In this document: positions 20,032 to 29,022 of the stretch, piece by piece
How positions within the stretch are numbered: position 1 is the first letter of the stretch
Layout: every line of letters begins with the position of its first letter
DNA from: a virus
Direction: 5' to 3' (one strand)
DNA: 64,000 nt
Virus record (IMG/VR): IMGVR_UViG_3300047322_000556
Coordinates: 1-64,000 of that record
Made by a program: the position numbers and the translations under genes
Notes under the pieces: model-generated
What the model was told of the DNA's origin: nothing
Databases searched by the model: none
Seen by the model: only the letters and a program-made list of their open reading frames with translations

Positions 20032-20781
20032 TTAGCTGCGACGCACGGCCAAGCCGACTTTTTCCACTGCCTTGACGCCGGGGATCTGCATCGCGCCCTT
20101 CAGCGACTTCGCCTGAGCGTTGAGCGCGGTCGTGTTCGCCGCCAGCAGGCCGATGAATTGCGGATTGGCCGCGACGTACTTCACGAGCTCGTGCAGGTTC
20201 TCGACTTCGGCGCTCCACGTCGAGCGCGAGCTCGTGCCGGTGCCCTTCGTGGTGACGCTCGATTGCACGACGGGGGCGACCATGACTTCGGCCGCGACGG
20301 CGAGCGCGGAAGCCGTTTCGACGTCGCCGGTCTGCTCTGCGGCCTTCGCCTGCTCTTCGAGCTTGCGGCGCTCGGCGGCGGCGGCTTCGTTCGCCTTGCG
20401 CTGCTCGGCCGCGACGCGGGCGGCTTCTTCGCGCTGGAACGTGAGAATCTTCGGCTCCAGAATGGCGCGCGCTTGCGTCAGCCCGGCGGTGTAGGGGCGG
20501 AACAGGTCATTGATGATCTTGACTTCATCGTTGAGCGGCTTCACGAACGTCGTGCGCAGCGCATCCATGTCCTTGACGGCGGTCGCGATCGCGCGCAGAT
20601 CGTCGTTCGCAAGCGCGAGCACTTCGACGCAATCGATCGTGTAGCTCTCGGCCGTCGCGACGGCCGAATCGACTTGCGCCTGAAGCGCTTGCTCGTCCGG
20701 CAGATTGACGGTAATCGTCTTGCCGTTAAACGGCTCGACTGCGTTGACTGCCTTCACTTCGGTTTCATTGATGTTCGTCAT
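20032..20781 (-). CDS. Coiled-coil recombination-module protein (Gam/Gp157-like)
   Basis: Between ssb and the exonuclease. C-terminal 'IPGVK'. Confidence 0.55.
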   Translation of the reverse strand: MTNINETEVKAVNAVEPFNGKTITVNLPDEQALQAQVDSAVATAESYTIDCVEVLALANDDLRAIATAVKDMDALRTTFVKPLNDEVKIINDLFRPYTAGLTQARAILEPKILTFQREEAARVAAEQRKANEAAAAERRKLEEQAKAAEQTGDVETASALAVAAEVMVAPVVQSSVTTKGTGTSSRSTWSAEVENLHELVKYVAANPQFIGLLAANTTALNAQAKSLKGAMQIPGVKAVEKVGLAVRRS

Positions 20782-21388
20782 TTTTTTTGTCCAGTCCGTT
20801 TCGTTGGTTCCATGCGTACACGGTTTTAAGCGAGAGGAAAGTCGGCCAATCGGTCGGCTCCCTGTATTCCTTCAATCGATACTTCCCGTCCGGTCGAAGC
20901 TGCAATGCGAAGCGCTTCTGAGGCATCGGGTGTTCGAAGGTGTCGCCTTCGGCTTCGAGCGCGCCCTTGTAGGCTGCCGTCTGCACGCCCGTTGCCGGGC
21001 TCAACTGCGCGACGCACTTCAGATCCAGCAGGGCGGGCTCGTCGTACATGAGGCCCGTCCGGTCGAGCGTTCCGGCATACAGGTGCGTCGGATGCAGCAC
21101 GCGGCGCTCGATCGCATGCGGCACGAACCGCGTATCGACCTTGAACTGCGCGTAAGACTCGACGTAGGGCAGCATCTCGGGGGCGACTGAGCTCCAATCC
21201 AGATCGTCTTGATCGAGCAACTCGCACGCAAAGTGAACCGCGCTGCCGAGCGCCGCTTTACGAGCCAGCACTTCGGCCTTGATGAAGGAAAAGTCCACCA
21301 AGGGCGCAAGAATCGACGTGACGCCGGGCACTTTGCGATCGCCGAGCCAATATGTGTGAGTCTCGGCATCGAATCGCAGCGCGATCAT
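20765..21388 (-). CDS. PD-(D/E)XK exonuclease
   Basis: 'VPGVTSIL', 'GSAVH', 'YAGTLD..LLDLK..QTAAY'. Confidence 0.85.
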   Translation of the reverse strand: MIALRFDAETHTYWLGDRKVPGVTSILAPLVDFSFIKAEVLARKAALGSAVHFACELLDQDDLDWSSVAPEMLPYVESYAQFKVDTRFVPHAIERRVLHPTHLYAGTLDRTGLMYDEPALLDLKCVAQLSPATGVQTAAYKGALEAEGDTFEHPMPQKRFALQLRPDGKYRLKEYREPTDWPTFLSLKTVYAWNQRNGLDKKNDEHQ

Positions 21389-22434
21389 TGCTTGTTCGCC
21401 TTCGCCCAAGCGATGATCTTGTTCGCGGTCGCCGTGCTCATGCCGTCGTAGCTCTTCAGACCGTTTGCGGCGAGTGCGGCGTCGTCGGTCAAACCGGCGG
21501 CCGCGACTTTGCTTTGCGCGACTTTGATGAGTCCGGCCGAGGCGGGCGGGCTGCTCGTGTCTTGCGGCTCACTCATGTCGTCGTCCTCGCCGGGCTCGCG
21601 CGAGCGCTGCGCGGGCTGCGCCTGCTGTTGCGCCGCCGGTTCTGCGGGCTCGCTCGGCTGAATGATTTCGCCGGTTTCGCCGTCGATCACTTCGGACGCG
21701 GTGCCGCTCGGCTTTTGCGTGGCTTGCTGCTGCGTGGCTTGCTTCTCGCCGTCCGACTTGCGCTTGATGCCGTGCTGCGGCTGTGCTTGCTGCGCACCGC
21801 CGACTTCATCGGCCGCGCCCATGTCGTGTTCGGCGTGGCGGCCTTCCATCTCTTCGGCCGTGGGTGCCGAGCCGACGCTTTCGGGGAATGCCTTGCGAAG
21901 CGCCTGCGCTTCTGCGCACTTGGCAAGCTGGCCGTAGGGGCGCTTCTTCCACATTGCGTTCGGCTGGAGCGTGTCGCGCTTGGCCGTCGCGTAGTTTTCC
22001 TTCCAGTATTCCTTCGCGGAAAACTCGGCGATGGTGCCGTTCGGCAAGAGCTTCTTGACGACGACGCGCGCCCACTGCGGATAGGTGACAGTGGTACCCG
22101 CGAGATTTTCGGTTACGTCCGGGCCGAATTCAGCTTCGGTCATACCTGCATAGAGGCCCGAACGAGCCGCCTGCGTGCGATACAGGCCGACGCCGGGCAT
22201 GATGACGTCACGCATCTTGCCTGCGCCCTTATCCCAAATCGGCACGATATGAACGGGCTTTTGCATCGGGTCGAGATTCGACGCCTTGCAATAGCCGATC
22301 GCGAGCTTGATGCTGTTGTGCGATGCGCCCGGATACAGCGAGCCTTCGAGCGTCTCGATCAGCTCGTTTTGCTCGATGTTGAATGCTTGAATCGCGTTAT
22401 TGCTGAACGCGACGACTTCGTTATTTGCGCCCAT
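21385..22434 (-). CDS. bet: Single-strand annealing recombinase Bet/RecT
   Basis: 'YC....LDPMQKPVHIVP', 'YRTQAARSG.YAG', 'MWKKRPYGQLAKCAEAQALRKAFP'. Confidence 0.9.
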   Translation of the reverse strand: MGANNEVVAFSNNAIQAFNIEQNELIETLEGSLYPGASHNSIKLAIGYCKASNLDPMQKPVHIVPIWDKGAGKMRDVIMPGVGLYRTQAARSGLYAGMTEAEFGPDVTENLAGTTVTYPQWARVVVKKLLPNGTIAEFSAKEYWKENYATAKRDTLQPNAMWKKRPYGQLAKCAEAQALRKAFPESVGSAPTAEEMEGRHAEHDMGAADEVGGAQQAQPQHGIKRKSDGEKQATQQQATQKPSGTASEVIDGETGEIIQPSEPAEPAAQQQAQPAQRSREPGEDDDMSEPQDTSSPPASAGLIKVAQSKVAAAGLTDDAALAANGLKSYDGMSTATANKIIAWAKANKQ

Positions 22435-22457
22435 GATGGGTTGTCCTCGTGCGGGAT

Positions 22458-22769
22458 TCAGATAGCGGCGCGAATGGCTTCGGCGCGGCGGAAGGCGGGG
22501 TTACGCTCGCGATCGACGCGCGCGCAGTAGGCAATGCGATTCAGGAAGTCTTGACGTGCAGGGACGTAAATGTCCGGATTGAAGCTATGCCGCGCCTTGG
22601 GCACATAGTCGGGGTGTCCTACCCAATTCACGCCGAGCAGCTCATACATGCGCTTGTGCGCTTCGGACGGTGCGAATTTGGACGTGCGAATGATCGGGCG
22701 GGAAAGGGATTGAGCGGCGTCGATTGCTTCGCGCTCGGGAACGACTGACAGGCTGCGTGCGGTTTTCAT
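22458..22769 (-). CDS. Hypothetical protein (first gene of leftward operon)
   Basis: ORF downstream of an operator-containing promoter region. Confidence 0.5.
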   Translation of the reverse strand: MKTARSLSVVPEREAIDAAQSLSRPIIRTSKFAPSEAHKRMYELLGVNWVGHPDYVPKARHSFNPDIYVPARQDFLNRIAYCARVDRERNPAFRRAEAIRAAI

Positions 22770-23017
22770 AGCTCTTCTTCTCCGGTAGCGGGACTTTACC
22801 TTGTGTTAATCCCTGAGCTAAATTCTACCATCGACTTTACCTGTTGGGTCAATAGCAATTGCCCAATTTTTTTCACCCTCTAGGTGTATTTGTACAACAG
22901 TCAGCGTTGAGTCAGGCAAGGCGGGGCGGGGTGCGCGCGCAGCGGGGCGATGCAATGATATGGGTGATATGGTATGAAACCGGGGCGCCCTGACGAACGC
23001 AGGGTGGAAGGGAGTGC

Positions 23018-23284
23018 TTAGTACGGCTGGTAGTCGTGCGCGATGCGGGTGCGATGAAGGGCGTCCATATAGGCTTGGGCGTCCTCTCGGGTGGCTACTG
23101 GATGAATCGACTGCCCCCCTTTGCGGGGATCACTCTCCGAGCCCCATAGTGCAATGATCGACCAATTCCCGAACAAGTCTTTCTGAATGGTCGCGGCATA
23201 GCATCTGCCATCTGATCTTCGCCATCGCGCCCACACTTCTTTAAGAGCAGGCTGTTCTTCTATTTGAGTGGTGCTCTCTGTCAT
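23018..23284 (-). CDS. WGR-domain protein
   Basis: 'RCYAATIQKDLFGNWSIIALWGS'. GGAGG RBS. Confidence 0.7.
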   Translation of the reverse strand: MTESTTQIEEQPALKEVWARWRRSDGRCYAATIQKDLFGNWSIIALWGSESDPRKGGQSIHPVATREDAQAYMDALHRTRIAHDYQPY

Positions 23285-23298
23285 AGAGCCTCCACGGT

Positions 23299-23745
23299 TT
23301 AGGCTGTTGCGCGCGCTCTGGCAGGGGTGGACGATTCATCGTCATCTGCTGTTGGCTCTTGCTTCTTTCGAGCGGGGCTTCGGCTTGAACCATGAGTAGA
23401 TTGGGGGCGGCTCGCATATTCGGCAGCGAGACTATAGACAAGGGTCTTGATGTTTTGTCGTACTGCATCAGGGAGGCTTGCCAATGCGTAGACAACACCA
23501 AGGTCGTCGGAGGGAAGTTTAGTTGGCTGGACGGGTTGGTCGTGTTGGGTATCCATCCAACCACGAGGCAACGCAAGCGCTTCTTCTATTTGTCGCGCCC
23601 GGTCGTCCCCGATCGCCTTTTGTCCACGCTTCACCTGACTGAAATAGCTCGGGGCCATCTGTACCGCTTCGCAAAACTCGATGATCTTCGAGTACCCACT
23701 TGCGAGGGTTAGGAAGTTCGCCAGTCTAGTGTCTTTGATTTCCAT
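23299..23745 (-). CDS. CI-like phage repressor (XRE HTH)
   Basis: 'FCEAVQMAPSYFSQVKRGQKAIGDDRARQIEEALALPRGWMD'. Divergent from the cro-like gene. Confidence 0.85.
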   Translation of the reverse strand: MEIKDTRLANFLTLASGYSKIIEFCEAVQMAPSYFSQVKRGQKAIGDDRARQIEEALALPRGWMDTQHDQPVQPTKLPSDDLGVVYALASLPDAVRQNIKTLVYSLAAEYASRPQSTHGSSRSPARKKQEPTADDDESSTPARARATA

Positions 23746-23889
23746 TTCTTGCTCTGAATCCCGCTAAGGGTGGTGGTCTTTTTATTTGTGAAAATTTTCC
23801 CGCAAAGGCAATCATCGGCTGCGCGCGAGGCTTTCGCAAGTATCTGAGCGGGCTTTACTTTTGTTTATCTGACGGGTAAAGTTCGCCGC

Positions 23890-24099
23890 ATGACTCTTTA
23901 CGAATACTACCTAGCCCACGGTACTGACGGGCTCGCCGCTCTGGCGCAAAAAGCCGGTACCAAGCTCTCGTACATCCGCCAGCTCATCTACGAACCGCAG
24001 AAGCGTCCGAGCGCCGACATGGCTCTCGCGATCATCGAAGCGTCGAACGGTGACGTGACGCTGCGCGGCCTGTGCAATCCGTCAGTGCTTGCTGACTGA
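23890..24099 (+). CDS. Cro-like regulator (YdaS type)
   Basis: 69 aa, 'LAQKAGTKLSYIRQL...RPS..ALAI.EAS.G.VT'. Confidence 0.85.
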   Translation: MTLYEYYLAHGTDGLAALAQKAGTKLSYIRQLIYEPQKRPSADMALAIIEASNGDVTLRGLCNPSVLAD

Positions 24100-24184
24100 T
24101 GGAAATTGTACCTAGCAGGTAACACCTTTGGGGAAAGTGGCGGTGACTTTTGCGAATTGTCAAGACAAAAAATTGCCGGGTCCG

Positions 24185-24616
24185 GTGATTCAGTTTGTCG
24201 CCCGTGTCGCGCCTGAGCCCAAGCTCCGGCCGCGCTTCAGCCGCGCGCGCATTGGCGGCCGGGAAGTGGTTCGCACGTACACGCCGAAAAACACGGTCGA
24301 TTTCGAGATGCTGGTGCGCGTGGCGGCGCTGCGCGCAATGGTCGGAAAGAAGCCGTTTTCCGGGGCGCTGTTCGCCCGCGTCGATTGTTACCTGCCGATT
24401 CCGAAGAGCTGGACAAAAGCTGAGCGCGAGGCTGCGCGCGCTGGCACGCGGTATCCGGTGAGCAAACCGGACTTGGACAATTTCAAAAAAGCCGTGCTCG
24501 ACGCGATGAACGGCGTCGTCTATCTGGACGACTCCCAAATCGTGGACGACGCGGGAAAAAAGCGCTACGCCGACGAACCGCGCGTGGAAGTGTTTATTCA
24601 GGAGCTTGACCAGTAA
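24185..24616 (+). CDS. rusA: Holliday junction resolvase RusA
   Basis: 'KPDLDNFKKAVLDAMNGVVYLDDSQI'. Start codon uncertain. Confidence 0.9.
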   Translation: MIQFVARVAPEPKLRPRFSRARIGGREVVRTYTPKNTVDFEMLVRVAALRAMVGKKPFSGALFARVDCYLPIPKSWTKAEREAARAGTRYPVSKPDLDNFKKAVLDAMNGVVYLDDSQIVDDAGKKRYADEPRVEVFIQELDQ

Positions 24617-25494
24617 TGGCGATTATTCGTGCTGCCCGTCCGGACAGTAATTTCTATGTGCTCGACAAGCGCATCAGCGAGGACAAGCGCCTCTCGTGGG
24701 CCGCTCGCGGGATGCTCGTTTTCCTCCTCGGCAAGCCGGACCATTGGACCGTGTCGCCTGCTGCGCTCGTGAACGAGACGGCGGGCGCGGCTAAGCAGTC
24801 GGGCCGCGACGCAGTGTACGGCGTGCTGAAAGAGTTGCTGACGGTCGGCTATCTCCAGCGCGTGCAGTCAAAGAAGGGTGACGGCACTTTCGGCGGGACG
24901 GATTACATGGTGTCCGAGTTCCCTATCGCTCCGGTGGAACAAACGGCTTCACCGCTTCCGGAAAATCCGGATTCGGGCGTTCCGCATACGGTTCAGCCGC
25001 ATACGGCTTTTCCGCATACGGCAAATCCGACACAAGCAAGTACTGACTTTAAGCAAGGACTGACTCTTAGCAAGGATTCATTGTTTCCCGACGCCGCTGC
25101 CGCGACGCCGGTCGCGACGAAAAAAGAGGCGGTCGAGAAAAAGGCGAAAGAGCCCGCTCCGACGTCGGCACCGTGGGATGCCTACAAAGCCGCTTACCTG
25201 AAGCTCTACGGCATTGAGCCGCTGCGCAGCGCGAAGGTCAATGCCGCGCTGAGCACGATCGTAAAAACGGTCGGTGCAGAAAAGGCGCCGCAGCTCGTCG
25301 CGCATTACCTGACGCTCGACGGCTTCTACAAGCAGTGCCAGCACGATATCGGCGTGCTGCTGAAGGACATTCAAAAGGTCTGGAATCACATGCACAAGGC
25401 GGCGACGCCGGGCGCTGTCGGCAAGCCGCAGACGATGGCTGACTACGACGCAATCGACTATCACAAGGGGATTAAGGCTGATGGCACGTTCTGA
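24616..25494 (+). CDS. Phage lytic replication initiator (O-like)
   Basis: 'LSWAARGMLVFLL.KPD.W' wHTH with internal iterons, upstream of the DnaC-like loader. Confidence 0.8.
   Translation: MAIIRAARPDSNFYVLDKRISEDKRLSWAARGMLVFLLGKPDHWTVSPAALVNETAGAAKQSGRDAVYGVLKELLTVGYLQRVQSKKGDGTFGGTDYMVSEFPIAPVEQTASPLPENPDSGVPHTVQPHTAFPHTANPTQASTDFKQGLTLSKDSLFPDAAAATPVATKKEAVEKKAKEPAPTSAPWDAYKAAYLKLYGIEPLRSAKVNAALSTIVKTVGAEKAPQLVAHYLTLDGFYKQCQHDIGVLLKDIQKVWNHMHKAATPGAVGKPQTMADYDAIDYHKGIKADGTF
24952..25077 (+). repeat. Putative lytic origin inside the initiator gene
   Basis: CCG-N4-CGG x5 at 15-bp period (24952, 24967, 24982, 24997, 25012; last three CCGCATACGG), then AGCAAG(T/G)ACTGACT repeats. Confidence 0.7.
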
Positions 25495-26284
25495 CGATTT
25501 TCAGCCGGTGGCTGCGATGCTTGGCAAAGTCGAGATGGAGCGCCGCGACGCGGTGTGCGCGACGCATGGCGCGTATGTCGAGCTCGCCTCGACGTTCGGT
25601 GGCGTCAAGCGATGGGCTGGCTGCATGAAGTGCATGGAAGAGCGAGAAGCGCAGTCGGCAGCGGCCGAAGTCGCCGAGACGATGCGCACCGCGCGCCGCA
25701 CGAACCTGCTGAGCGGCTGGCAAGGCGCGGAGATTCCGAAGCGCTTCGCCGACGCGTCGCTCAAGTCGTATGTAGTCGAGACGCCTGCGCAGAAGGCCGC
25801 GCTCGACGTGTGCGCCGACTATGCGGCGTCGTGGGAGACGGTGCGCGAGACGGGCAAGAACTTGATTCTTTGCGGCAAGCCCGGCACTGGCAAAACGCAT
25901 CTGGCGGTGTCGATCGCCCGGCAGATCGCGCGCATGGGCGCTCTGCCGTTCTTCGCCCGGACGTATGAAGCGGTGCAATTCGTGCGCGAGTCGTATCGGC
26001 CGGGCTCGAAGCTCTCCGAGCGCGAGTCGATCGCGAAGTTTGTCGAGCCCGATCTGCTGATTCTGGACGAAGTCGGCATTCAGGGCGGCGGCGACAACGA
26101 GCAAATGATCCTGTTCGCGATTCTCAACGGCCGCTATGACGCGTGCAAGCCGACGATCGTGATTTCGAATGAGTCGCTCGAAGGCATCGAGAAATACCTG
26201 ACGCCGCGCGTGGTCGATCGGCTGCGCGAAGGCGGCGGCCGCGTGCATGTGTTCGATTGGGATTCGTACCGGAGCCGCGCATGA
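25481..26284 (+). CDS. DnaC/IstB-like helicase loader ATPase
   Basis: GKPGTGKTH, LLILDE, 'PTIVISN', 'RVVDRL'. Confidence 0.9.
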   Translation: MARSDDFQPVAAMLGKVEMERRDAVCATHGAYVELASTFGGVKRWAGCMKCMEEREAQSAAAEVAETMRTARRTNLLSGWQGAEIPKRFADASLKSYVVETPAQKAALDVCADYAASWETVRETGKNLILCGKPGTGKTHLAVSIARQIARMGALPFFARTYEAVQFVRESYRPGSKLSERESIAKFVEPDLLILDEVGIQGGGDNEQMILFAILNGRYDACKPTIVISNESLEGIEKYLTPRVVDRLREGGGRVHVFDWDSYRSRA

Positions 26285-26667
26285 GCGCATCCGATCTCGT
26301 CACGCTGCGCTTTCAGTCGGGCGGTGGTTTGTCCGGTCTGAAGGGCGCGGCGGTGCGCAAGGGGATCTACTGGACGGACGCCGACGAGTCGGTCTATCAG
26401 GCCGCCGCCGCACAGCAGGAGTTCGAAGGGAAGAAGCCGCGCGACGAGGCCGAGCGCGTGGCGCGCGAGTTCGCGATTGCCTGCGCGTGCGGCCGTCGCT
26501 TGAAGGCGGAATTCGAGCGCGCCGCGAAGTGCAAGACGCCGAACGACAAGCGCGCGCTCTATCAGGAGTGGGCCTATCTGCTCGGCAAGGCCGCCGCCGA
26601 CAGGATCGCCGCCGGGTTCAAGGATGAAGCTGAACGGGCGCGCGTGCTCGCGAAGGAGTTCGCATGA
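26281..26667 (+). CDS. Hypothetical protein
   Basis: ATGA-coupled ORF. Confidence 0.55.
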   Translation: MSASDLVTLRFQSGGGLSGLKGAAVRKGIYWTDADESVYQAAAAQQEFEGKKPRDEAERVAREFAIACACGRRLKAEFERAAKCKTPNDKRALYQEWAYLLGKAAADRIAAGFKDEAERARVLAKEFA

Positions 26668-27134
26668 AGGCGATGTTTCAGAAGGTTAAGGGCGGGCTGC
26701 TCGCGCCGGTCTGCGAGCAAGCCGAGAAGCTCATGAAGTCGCTCAAGGTGGGCGATGGCGCGGCGGTCGAAGCGACGAAGATGCGGAATTACAAGTTCCA
26801 CAAGAAGTTCTTCAAGCTCATCGAGCTCGCCTTCGATGTGTGGGAACCGGCGGACGAACACGAGTATCGCGGCGAAAAGCTCTCGAAAAACATCGAGACA
26901 TTCCGCCGCGACATTCTGATTCTCGCCGGGCATTGCACCGCGAGCTACGGCATCGATGGATCGGTGCGGCTCGAAGCGAAGTCGATCAGCTTCGCGAAGT
27001 GCGACGAGTTCGAATTCAACGACGTCTACGCCTCGGTGCTGCGCGTCGTGTGGGAAAAGATTCTGCGCCATGCGCACTTCGCGAGCGAGCAAGAGGTCGA
27101 GCTCGTGGTCAATCAACTTTTGGCGTTCGAATGA
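26664..27134 (+). CDS. DUF1367 family protein
   Basis: 'RNYKFHKKFF.L..LAF..WEP', 'AKSISFA'. Confidence 0.75.
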   Translation: MKAMFQKVKGGLLAPVCEQAEKLMKSLKVGDGAAVEATKMRNYKFHKKFFKLIELAFDVWEPADEHEYRGEKLSKNIETFRRDILILAGHCTASYGIDGSVRLEAKSISFAKCDEFEFNDVYASVLRVVWEKILRHAHFASEQEVELVVNQLLAFE

Positions 27135-27643
27135 GTCAAGTCGAGTATTTCACGTATCCGGGCGTCGAAGGCCAGTACTTCGAATGCGCCAAGCTGCGCG
27201 CGTCGCTGTCCGTGGATCGGTGCGTCACGCAGTTTCAGGGCTCGCAAAAGGGCGGCGGTTATCTCGCCTGCGCGGGCTGCCCGATCGGCGCCAAGCACGC
27301 GCACGTCGAAATCAAGGTCACGGCGATCAAGCGCCGGACGTGCGCGCGGTGCCTGACGGGTGCGACGCGGCTGATCGGCGATCGCATCTGCGTGAGCTGC
27401 TACAACCGCACGCTCGAAACGAAGCGCGGCCGCAACGCGAAGGGCGGCCGGCCGCGCAAGCTCGCGCGCATCGGCACGGCGTCGGTGACGTGCGTATCCG
27501 GCGGCCGGGGTGTCGTGCGCAGCGTCGATGACGTCGCGACGAGCATTGAGGCGCTTGTCTCGATCGCGCGCAGTGATTCGACGTCGATCGTGTTCGGCTG
27601 CGCGATTCCGCATCCGGTGTGCGTCCTGCAGGAGCGTGCATGA
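27131..27643 (+). CDS. Cys-rich Zn-finger protein
   Basis: CxxC motifs: CAGC, CARC, CVSC. Confidence 0.6.
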   Translation: MSQVEYFTYPGVEGQYFECAKLRASLSVDRCVTQFQGSQKGGGYLACAGCPIGAKHAHVEIKVTAIKRRTCARCLTGATRLIGDRICVSCYNRTLETKRGRNAKGGRPRKLARIGTASVTCVSGGRGVVRSVDDVATSIEALVSIARSDSTSIVFGCAIPHPVCVLQERA

Positions 27644-28017
27644 CGCAGCAGCTCTTCCTGTTCGGCGAAGTGTCGGTCGATGGACCGGTGAATCCGCTGC
27701 CCAAGCCGCCCAAGGCGGAACGGTGGGTGCTCGTGGATCACGCGTGCCGCCATTGCTTCGGGCGGCTGCTCGCGACGGGAAAGGGCAAGACGGCGGCCGT
27801 GCAGTGCTCGCAGTGCGGTCGGCGCGAAGAGGGCCAGGTCGAAGCGCTCTGCGCGTGCGGCGTGACGACGCCGAACGGCCGTCATCTGCTGGAGTGCTAT
27901 CGCAATGCCGAGAAAACGCTCGAAGTGCCGCACGAGATCCTCGTGCGCGTGCGCGAGCTCGAAGAGCGCGCGAGCGAGATACCGAGCGCGCGCCGCGTGG
28001 CAATACCCGGATTTTGA
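27640..28017 (+). CDS. Cys-rich Zn-finger protein
   Basis: 'HACRHCFGR..CSQCG..LCACG'. Confidence 0.6.
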   Translation: MTQQLFLFGEVSVDGPVNPLPKPPKAERWVLVDHACRHCFGRLLATGKGKTAAVQCSQCGRREEGQVEALCACGVTTPNGRHLLECYRNAEKTLEVPHEILVRVRELEERASEIPSARRVAIPGF

Positions 28018-28097
28018 CGCTCGCAGCGTCATTCTTTCGGTCGTGACGCCATCGTGAGGGTGCGGGATAGACCCGCGCAACTCATGAAGGTAGATCC

Positions 28098-28376
28098 ATG
28101 CGTAAGGACATGTTCGTGCAAGTGCTCGCCGATCGCGCGGGCGTGAAGCGTGCCGAAGCCGGTGCGGTGCTCGATGCGCTGACCGGGCTTATCTCGGCGG
28201 CAAGCGGCGGCGTCGGCCGCATCCGCGTGCCGGGGCTCGGCAGTTTCGAAGTGACGCAGCGCGCCGCGCGCCGTGGCGTCAATCCGCGCACGCTCACGCC
28301 GATCGATATTCCGGCCCGCCGCAAGGTGCTTTTCAAGCCCGCAATCGAGCTCGTGCGCGCCGCTGGAGCCGAGTAA
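28098..28376 (+). CDS. HU-family DNA-binding protein
   Basis: 'GLGSFEV..RAARRGVNPRT..IDIPA..KVLFKP'. Confidence 0.9.
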   Translation: MRKDMFVQVLADRAGVKRAEAGAVLDALTGLISAASGGVGRIRVPGLGSFEVTQRAARRGVNPRTLTPIDIPARRKVLFKPAIELVRAAGAE

Positions 28377-28984
28377 TGGCGAAGCTGACTGACGCCGAAT
28401 GGGCACAGGCCCGCGCGGTATGGGAAGCGGACCCGAAGGTCAACTTCGTGCATATCGCGGCCGAATTCAACGTCACGAAGCAGGCCGTCGCACTGCGCGC
28501 GAAAAAGGACGGCTGGCAAAAGCAAGCCGACATGCCGCATATCGTGCGCGAGGCGCATCGCGCGGCTGACGCGAAGAGCAAGCCGCCGACGCCGATCGGC
28601 AAGAAGGGCGCGGCGGCCGAGCCCGCCGAGAAGCCGAAGATCGAGCGCACGGCGCCCGCTATGCTGCCGACGCCGCAGGACCGCGCCGAAGCCGTCAATC
28701 GCGCTGTCGATCATCGCGCCGAGCTGCTGAGCCGTCATCGCGCCGAGTGGGAGGACGTTCGGCGGATTGTGCAGGCCGCCGTCGATCTGGAGGATTTCGA
28801 CAAGGCCAAGCTCGGCAAGATCACGAGCGAGGCGACGAAGATCATTCAGGAAGGCGAGCGCAAGGCGTGGGGTATCGATCAGGACCAAGGCGACGATAAG
28901 AGCAAGACGACTATCGTCATCGAGCGCCGCGACGAGAGTACTTCACGGCACGCGCCGCGCGCTGATCCACAAGCGCCGTCGTGA
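28376..28984 (+). CDS. Putative terminase small subunit
   Basis: N-terminal HTH 'W..ARAVWE..IAAEFNVTKQAV..RAKKDGW' and C-terminal 'GERKAWGI'. Confidence 0.6.
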   Translation: MAKLTDAEWAQARAVWEADPKVNFVHIAAEFNVTKQAVALRAKKDGWQKQADMPHIVREAHRAADAKSKPPTPIGKKGAAAEPAEKPKIERTAPAMLPTPQDRAEAVNRAVDHRAELLSRHRAEWEDVRRIVQAAVDLEDFDKAKLGKITSEATKIIQEGERKAWGIDQDQGDDKSKTTIVIERRDESTSRHAPRADPQAPS

Positions 28985-29022
28985 CGCGACGATGCCCCTC
29001 AGACCGTTACTGAGGGGCGTCT

